Assembly (NCBI GenBank): GCA_039179045.1
Contig: JBCDEZ010000035.1
Coordinates: forward strand, 1 to 15,633
Direction: 5' to 3'
Origin: Chlamydiota bacterium
GTDB taxonomy: Bacteria; Chlamydiota; Chlamydiia; Chlamydiales; SM23-39
DNA length: 15,633 nucleotides
Every line of letters begins with the position of its first letter. The stretch's first letter is position 1. A model generated the notes under the pieces. That model searched no databases. It worked only from the letters and a program-made list of their open reading frames with translations, and was not told the origin of the DNA. Below, one piece after another: positions 10,880-15,633 of the stretch. The translations under genes and the position numbers were made by a program.

Positions 10880-11704
10880 CCATCCGAGTTTCTCGCGCAA
10901 TGTGGAGAAATAGTTGTTCCTCTCCAAACTCACCAAGCGGAAAATCTCCTCTTTCGATTTGATAATCTTCAGCTCCTCGTGAGGCTGGAGCATGAAGTGG
11001 TCTGAGCCGTCCGCAATCACCTCTACAGGCTCTCTCGTGGATGCATAGCGCAATGTCAGCTCATGCTGCGCTGTGAGCACAAAGGGGCGGTAGGAGAGAG
11101 TATGAGGACAAATGGGAGTAATGCTAAACGCATCCACATTGGGACTGACAATCGGACCTCCCGCGGCAAGAGAGTAGGCTGTAGAACCGTTTGGAGTGGC
11201 AACAATGATCCCATCGGCGCTGCATGTATTCATGTACATATCGTCTACGAAAATCGCAATTTCGATCAGCCCCCGATTTTGACTACGGTGCAAGACGATA
11301 TCGTTCACAGCTGAGTAGGTTTTGCCACTAGGAGAAAGGCAGCTGAGGACGATCCTTTTGTGAATTTTGTACTTCCCTGCAAGCAGGTCTTGCAAAGCAA
11401 GGAAGATATCACCCACCGGAATATCTGCCATGAACCCGAGATGTCCCAAATTGATCCCTAAGATTGCCGCTTTTTTCGTATGGTAGCGGTTGAAGAGGCG
11501 TAAGATGGTGCCGTCACCTCCCATGGCAATCATGAAATCGGCATCTGCTAAGGGAATCTCCCGAAATGAAGAGCATCCAATAATAGGAGCAATCTCTTCT
11601 TCCGCAATCACCTGAACGCCCGACTGCTCTAAAAAGTGGCGTATCTCCTTCGCAATTTCGAACGACTCTTGGAAATGGTGATTAGGAAAAAGAGCAATGA
11701 TCAT
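10847..11704 (-). CDS. nadK: NAD(+) kinase
   Basis: GGDGT, GINLGHLGF, ND, DGIIVATPNGSTAYSLAAGGP, TPICPH. ATGA overlap with the dxs stop. Confidence 0.96.
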   Translation of the reverse strand: MIIALFPNHHFQESFEIAKEIRHFLEQSGVQVIAEEEIAPIIGCSSFREIPLADADFMIAMGGDGTILRLFNRYHTKKAAILGINLGHLGFMADIPVGDIFLALQDLLAGKYKIHKRIVLSCLSPSGKTYSAVNDIVLHRSQNRGLIEIAIFVDDMYMNTCSADGIIVATPNGSTAYSLAAGGPIVSPNVDAFSITPICPHTLSYRPFVLTAQHELTLRYASTREPVEVIADGSDHFMLQPHEELKIIKSKEEIFRLVSLERNNYFSTLREKLGWSGTVFQHFKK

Positions 11705-13590
11705 AATACAGGCATCTCACTCCAGGAAAAATGTTGCAAGATTCTTTTCGCAACTGCATCGGGCGTCAAGCCGAGCTCTTTGAGAAGAGTGTTTCTCTGC
11801 CCGTGGGGAACGAAGGTGTCGGGAACACCAATGGAAAGGAGGTCGATGTGCGCCAAGCGGTTTTCGAAAGCAAAGTGCTCAATTATGGAAGATAGACCAG
11901 TCAAAATAGAGTGCTCTTCGAGAACTACTACTTTTGTATGCTTTTGCAAGAGATGGAAAAAAAGATCTCGATCGAGAGGTTTTAGGTAGATCGGATCGAC
12001 AAGGCACGCGGTGATCTCTTCTTCTGCAAGGCGCTTTTGGACCGCAAGTCCCACGCTACACATATGCCCTAAGCAAATGAGCAAAAGATCGTCTCCTTCG
12101 GAAAGAATTTCTCCTGTACCCAGAGGCCTAGGTTCTTTTCCTCTCGTCTGATCGGGTAAAAAGTCAGTGGCCGGCAAATTCGGGTAACGGATCGCTGCAG
12201 GATTTGTCCATCCTAAACTCTCATCCATTAGCTCCTCTAAAAGGCGTTGTGAGCGAGGTTGGGCGATGATCAGATGGGGCATGCCATACAAAAAACCAAT
12301 ATCGTAGACACCATGGTGCGTAGGACCATCTGGGCCTGAGAGAAAAGCTCGGTCAATCGCAAAAAGGACTGGTAAGCGCTGCAAGCACACATCGTGAAAA
12401 AGATTGTCGAAAGCTCTTTGCAAGAAGGTAGCGTAGATCACCATGTATACCTTCAAAGAAGGCAACGAGGCTATGCCCCCTGCAAATGTGACGCTATGAC
12501 TCTCTGCAATACCCACGTCGAAGCAGCGCTCAGGATAGCGCTCCATGAAGCCTGTCAAGCAAGAGCCTGCAGGCATAGCAGGCGTGATGACCACTAGTCC
12601 CGGGTTCTTTTCTGCTAGGTGCAATAGATGATTTCCGAATGCCTTAGGAAAAGTCACTTGAGATGCTGTTCGCAAGAATTGCCCACTGGCTGTATCGAAG
12701 GGTTTTGCTCCATGGTACGAAGTGGGGTTTTCCGCAGCTAACGACATTCCTTTGCCCTTGACTGTCATCACGTGGAGCAATACGGGGCGCTCACTCTGTT
12801 GCAAAGCGCGCAGAGTGGAAACGAGTTTGCTAAGATCGTGTCCGTCGACGGGGCCAACATAGCTCAAGCCAAACTGCTCGAAAAAGACCGCTGGCGAAAC
12901 GAGATTTTTCATCGATTCGGTCAGCTTTTTCCCTTGCTTGGCGAGCTGTTCCCCGCAGCCTGGAATCTTGCCGAGTACAGAGCGCACATCGTGGTAGAGC
13001 TGGTTCGACACGGGATGATTGATCAGGCGGCTCAAGATATTTTTGATGTTGCCCACATTCTCTGAGATGGACATCTTATTGTCATTCAAAATCACGAGGA
13101 AGCGACGCAGATTTTTGGGTATATTATTGAGAGCCTCTAAGGTAACACCACAAGTCAACGAAGCGTCTCCGAGCACAGGTAGCACATGGAACGGCTCTCC
13201 CTTCAACTCCCTTGCATGCGCGACGCCTAACCCAAGAGAGAGCGCTGTACCCGCATGTCCTGCATAGAAATGATCGTGTTCTGATTCTTGCGGATCCGCA
13301 AAACCGCACAAACCCTCCCACTGACGGATTTTGGAAAAAAGGTGAGAGCGTCCCGTGAGTAGCTTGTGGGGGTAGGTCTGGTGGCTCACATCAAAAATGA
13401 ACCGGTCTTGGGGAGAGTCGAATACGTAGTGCAAAGCGATACTGAGCTCTACCACACCGAGGTTCGAAGAGAGATGTCCGCCGTTGATAGAGAGAACGGA
13501 GATAATCCTAGAACGGATCTCGTCTGCTAGAAGAGGGAGCTCTTCTACCTTCCAATCCTTGAGTTGATCTATACGGTCTAGATAGTTCAG
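11701..13590 (-). CDS. dxs: 1-deoxy-D-xylulose-5-phosphate synthase; probable non-canonical (CTG) start at 13590
   Basis: GGHLSSNLGVVEL, HQTYPHK, GDASL...LNDN (ThDP motif), DGH, GIAE, FLQRAFD, DRA...DGPTH. Homology continues 45 codons upstream of the ORF-track GTG (13455) in the same open frame. The gene identity is secure; the exact start is inferred. Confidence 0.93.
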   Translation of the reverse strand: MNYLDRIDQLKDWKVEELPLLADEIRSRIISVLSINGGHLSSNLGVVELSIALHYVFDSPQDRFIFDVSHQTYPHKLLTGRSHLFSKIRQWEGLCGFADPQESEHDHFYAGHAGTALSLGLGVAHARELKGEPFHVLPVLGDASLTCGVTLEALNNIPKNLRRFLVILNDNKMSISENVGNIKNILSRLINHPVSNQLYHDVRSVLGKIPGCGEQLAKQGKKLTESMKNLVSPAVFFEQFGLSYVGPVDGHDLSKLVSTLRALQQSERPVLLHVMTVKGKGMSLAAENPTSYHGAKPFDTASGQFLRTASQVTFPKAFGNHLLHLAEKNPGLVVITPAMPAGSCLTGFMERYPERCFDVGIAESHSVTFAGGIASLPSLKVYMVIYATFLQRAFDNLFHDVCLQRLPVLFAIDRAFLSGPDGPTHHGVYDIGFLYGMPHLIIAQPRSQRLLEELMDESLGWTNPAAIRYPNLPATDFLPDQTRGKEPRPLGTGEILSEGDDLLLICLGHMCSVGLAVQKRLAEEEITACLVDPIYLKPLDRDLFFHLLQKHTKVVVLEEHSILTGLSSIIEHFAFENRLAHIDLLSIGVPDTFVPHGQRNTLLKELGLTPDAVAKRILQHFSWSEMPVL

Positions 13591-13597
13591 AACAACC

Positions 13598-13837
13598 TCA
13601 AGGGGAAAAGTCTGCTGTGACTGGCGCGCCGTGCTCGTCGGTCTGCAAAGAACCGTCGCGGTTTTTCAGCAATATTTCTACTTTTTGCTCTGCTTCTTGC
13701 AGCTTCTTTTCGCAACCTTGAATGAGACGGTCGGCTTCACTAAATAGTGCAAGAGAGTCTTCCAAAGAGGTAGTGGTTTCATTCATGGTTTGTAGAATTT
13801 TTTCCAAACGGGTGAAGAGTTCTTCAAATGATTTCAT
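13598..13837 (-). CDS. xseB: Exodeoxyribonuclease VII small subunit
   Basis: SFEE...RLE.I...M....SLE.SL..F.E...L...C...L..AEQKV pattern; ATGA overlap with the xseA stop. Confidence 0.95.
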   Translation of the reverse strand: MKSFEELFTRLEKILQTMNETTTSLEDSLALFSEADRLIQGCEKKLQEAEQKVEILLKNRDGSLQTDEHGAPVTADFSP

Positions 13838-15126
13838 GTAGATCCTTTGTCTATCTGTTCCACAACCGCAGTCACAACCCCATCATGCATTTTTGCGGTA
13901 ATTTTGTCCCCTTTCACAAGTTCTTTTGCAGAAAAAATACCCCGATCTTTTCCCTCTGCAAAGAGGATTGTATACCCCTTTTGCAAAAGCTTGTCGGGGT
14001 GGAGAGCTGCAAAATGTGCGCGATACTGCTCGAGACGCCTTTTCCTATCTGCAATCCATTGGCGGGGGTTATGCGCCTGGTGGCGCTCTTTCATATGAGT
14101 CAAAGAAAGGCGCGCCTTTTCGAGTTTTCGTTCCATAATGAGGCAGAGCTGAGCCCCTTTTTCATCGAGTTTTTGCGACCATTTTGCCAGAAAGTAGGAC
14201 GGGTTAGAAAAGCAGGGAAGCTGGGCCAAAAGCCGTAGGTTCCGTTTTTTTACCGCCACTTTTTGCTGCAAAAACCGGGCAATATACTGTTTTTTCTCTT
14301 CTAAAGATTGTAGAAGAAGGCGCTTTTCTGGCACTGCTTTTTCGGCTGCAGCAGATGGAGTAGGAGCTCGGAAAGCCACTTCATCGGATAGAGTACGGTC
14401 GGGCTCATGCCCCACAGCAGAGATGGCGGAGATCTTTTTTGCAGCGTCAGCTAAAGCTCTGACTACAATCTCCTCGTTGAATGCCCAAAGATCCTCAAAA
14501 GATCCTCCACCTCTTCCCACAATGAGGAGATCGCAAACCTGATAACGGGCGCACTCCTCAATCGCAAGAGCGATCTCTTGAGCGGCCGTCTCTCCTTGCA
14601 CTTTTACAGGGAACAAAACGAGGTGAAATCCTGGGTAGCGCCTCTGCAATACGTGCAAGATGTCCCGGATCGCCGCGCCTGTCGGGGAAGTGACCACGCC
14701 AATAGTCTTTGGGATGAAAGGAAGTGGTTGTCTTCCCTCCAAATTGAACAAACCCTCTGAACGCAACTTCTCTTTGATTTCGTGCAAGCGTAAAAAAAGC
14801 GCGCCTAAACCTGCCCATTCAATATTTTGTACGATCAGCTGGTATGATCCTCTAGGGGGATAGACTGATATGTCTCCAAAAACGACAACCAAGTCTCCAT
14901 TTTTGAGCGTTCCCCGCGTGCCTCTTCTCGCCTGCCTGAAAAAAGCGCAGGAGATCCGAGCTGGGGTTGTCTTAGACGAGGCATCATTGAGATCGAAATA
15001 GATATGACCCGAGGAGTGCTCTTTGACATTTGTTGCCTCTCCCTGGACGTGGATCGGCATGGAGAAAAGCGTTTCCAGCTTCCTCTTGATGAAGGAGGTC
15101 AACTCACCAACGCTGAATGTTTCCAT
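13834..15126 (-). CDS. xseA: Exodeoxyribonuclease VII large subunit
   Basis: OB-fold (SGHIYF, YPPRGSYQL), IGVVTSPTGAAIRD, VQG, GRGGGSFEDLWAFNEE, SAVGHE, RAPTPSAAAE. Confidence 0.97.
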   Translation of the reverse strand: METFSVGELTSFIKRKLETLFSMPIHVQGEATNVKEHSSGHIYFDLNDASSKTTPARISCAFFRQARRGTRGTLKNGDLVVVFGDISVYPPRGSYQLIVQNIEWAGLGALFLRLHEIKEKLRSEGLFNLEGRQPLPFIPKTIGVVTSPTGAAIRDILHVLQRRYPGFHLVLFPVKVQGETAAQEIALAIEECARYQVCDLLIVGRGGGSFEDLWAFNEEIVVRALADAAKKISAISAVGHEPDRTLSDEVAFRAPTPSAAAEKAVPEKRLLLQSLEEKKQYIARFLQQKVAVKKRNLRLLAQLPCFSNPSYFLAKWSQKLDEKGAQLCLIMERKLEKARLSLTHMKERHQAHNPRQWIADRKRRLEQYRAHFAALHPDKLLQKGYTILFAEGKDRGIFSAKELVKGDKITAKMHDGVVTAVVEQIDKGST

Positions 15127-15152
15127 GAATCAAAAGCCCCGGGCAAACTCTC

Positions 15153-15181
15153 ATCATACCTGTAGGACTTTTTTTTTTCGA
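15153..15181 (-). promoter_or_regulatory. Putative sigma66/sigma70 promoter for xseA-xseB-dxs-nadK
   Basis: TCGAAA (15181-15176, 4/6 to TTGACA), then a 17-nt A-rich spacer, then TATGAT (15158-15153, 5/6), 26 nt upstream of the xseA ATG. Confidence 0.45.
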
Positions 15182-15214
15182 GGAATCTTGATGAAGATTT
15201 TTTTGGAATATTTC

Positions 15215-15541
15215 CTAAAAAGGGGCACTTTGATGCATGCATCTCAGGAGAACGGTTTCCCGCAGCCTACTCCAAAAATCGAGGAAAAATAGGGAGACAT
15301 GCTCTGATTGCAGGAAAGGAAGTAAGGATTTGGCGAACCCTTCCAATGCACGATAGGTGAGTCGATACTGGATTTTAAGAATAAGTAGGAGTTGAATCAG
15401 AGGGTGCGTGTAGAGCTTGGGCCTGCCTCGCATTTTCTTCCGCTTCGCTGGCTGGGATAAGCAGGCCTTGTCTATAAAAAAAGTGAGACTCCCTCTTTTT
15501 ACCAATTCTCGGTTAACTCTTTTCCAATCACATTTTCGCAT
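15215..15541 (-). pseudogene. 3'-truncated IS5/IS903-group transposase (about 84 IS-derived codons fused to 24 non-IS codons)
   Basis: W...N..LV.RGS.TF, RGRP..Y, LK..YRL.YR..EGF match the IS903 N-terminus. The expected P.YS...RR and the DDE core are absent after ...EHVSL (~15290). Confidence 0.88.
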
Positions 15542-15543
15542 CA

Positions 15544-15578
15544 GAAGCTCCTTAGATTTTTTATAGATAAGGAGCTTC
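15544..15578 (-). promoter_or_regulatory. Perfect 11-bp inverted repeat sequestering the transposase Shine-Dalgarno sequence
   Basis: GAAGCTCCTTA (15544-15554) / TAAGGAGCTTC (15568-15578) with a 13-nt loop. The minus-strand AAGGAG (15553-15548) lies in the 3' arm, 6 nt from the ATG. Confidence 0.7.
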
Positions 15579-15614
15579 GCTTGTTTATGGGCTTTTTATC
15601 AAGGTTTTCCTAGA

Positions 15615-15632
15615 GATTTTTTCAACAACGCC
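15615..15632 (-). repeat. IS terminal inverted repeat (IRL), GGCGTTGTTGAAAAAATC
   Basis: 17/18 identical to 123-140; 16/18 to the IS903 IR as I recall it. Confidence 0.88.
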
Positions 15633-15633
15633 A

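Larger units (their letters stand above)
15290..15632 (-). mobile_element. Left end of an IS903-group element, truncated internally
   Basis: IRL at 15632-15615, AAGGAG RBS, transposase ATG at 15541. No right IR was found near the truncation. The left boundary is approximate. Confidence 0.85.

Overview
This is a core chromosomal segment, most likely from an environmental (non-Chlamydiaceae) member of the phylum Chlamydiae. That call rests on the chlamydial-type MgtE N-terminus, the DUF721-gyrB-gyrA-tmk-holB order and the xseA-xseB-dxs-nadK order. Gene content: typA (-); a divergent ~400-bp intergenic region; mgtE, DUF721/dciA, gyrB, gyrA, tmk, holB (+); and, converging on them, xseA, xseB, dxs, nadK (-). 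Both edges are pieces of an IS5-family (IS903-group) element with 18-bp terminal inverted repeats. The left edge has a transposase C-terminus plus right end (1-140). The right edge has a left end plus a 3'-truncated transposase (~15290-15632) in the opposite orientation. I found no convincing novel multi-gene system. The most notable details are: (i) dxs lacks an in-frame ATG/GTG/TTG upstream of its catalytic His motif, implying a CTG start or recoding from xseB; (ii) thymidylate kinase has a eukaryotic/type I-like P-loop Arg and a basic-poor LID; (iii) a perfect hairpin occludes the transposase RBS; (iv) a TATGAT..GAGAGTTTG motif is shared upstream of typA and xseA; (v) XseA has a one-codon deletion in its catalytic motif.
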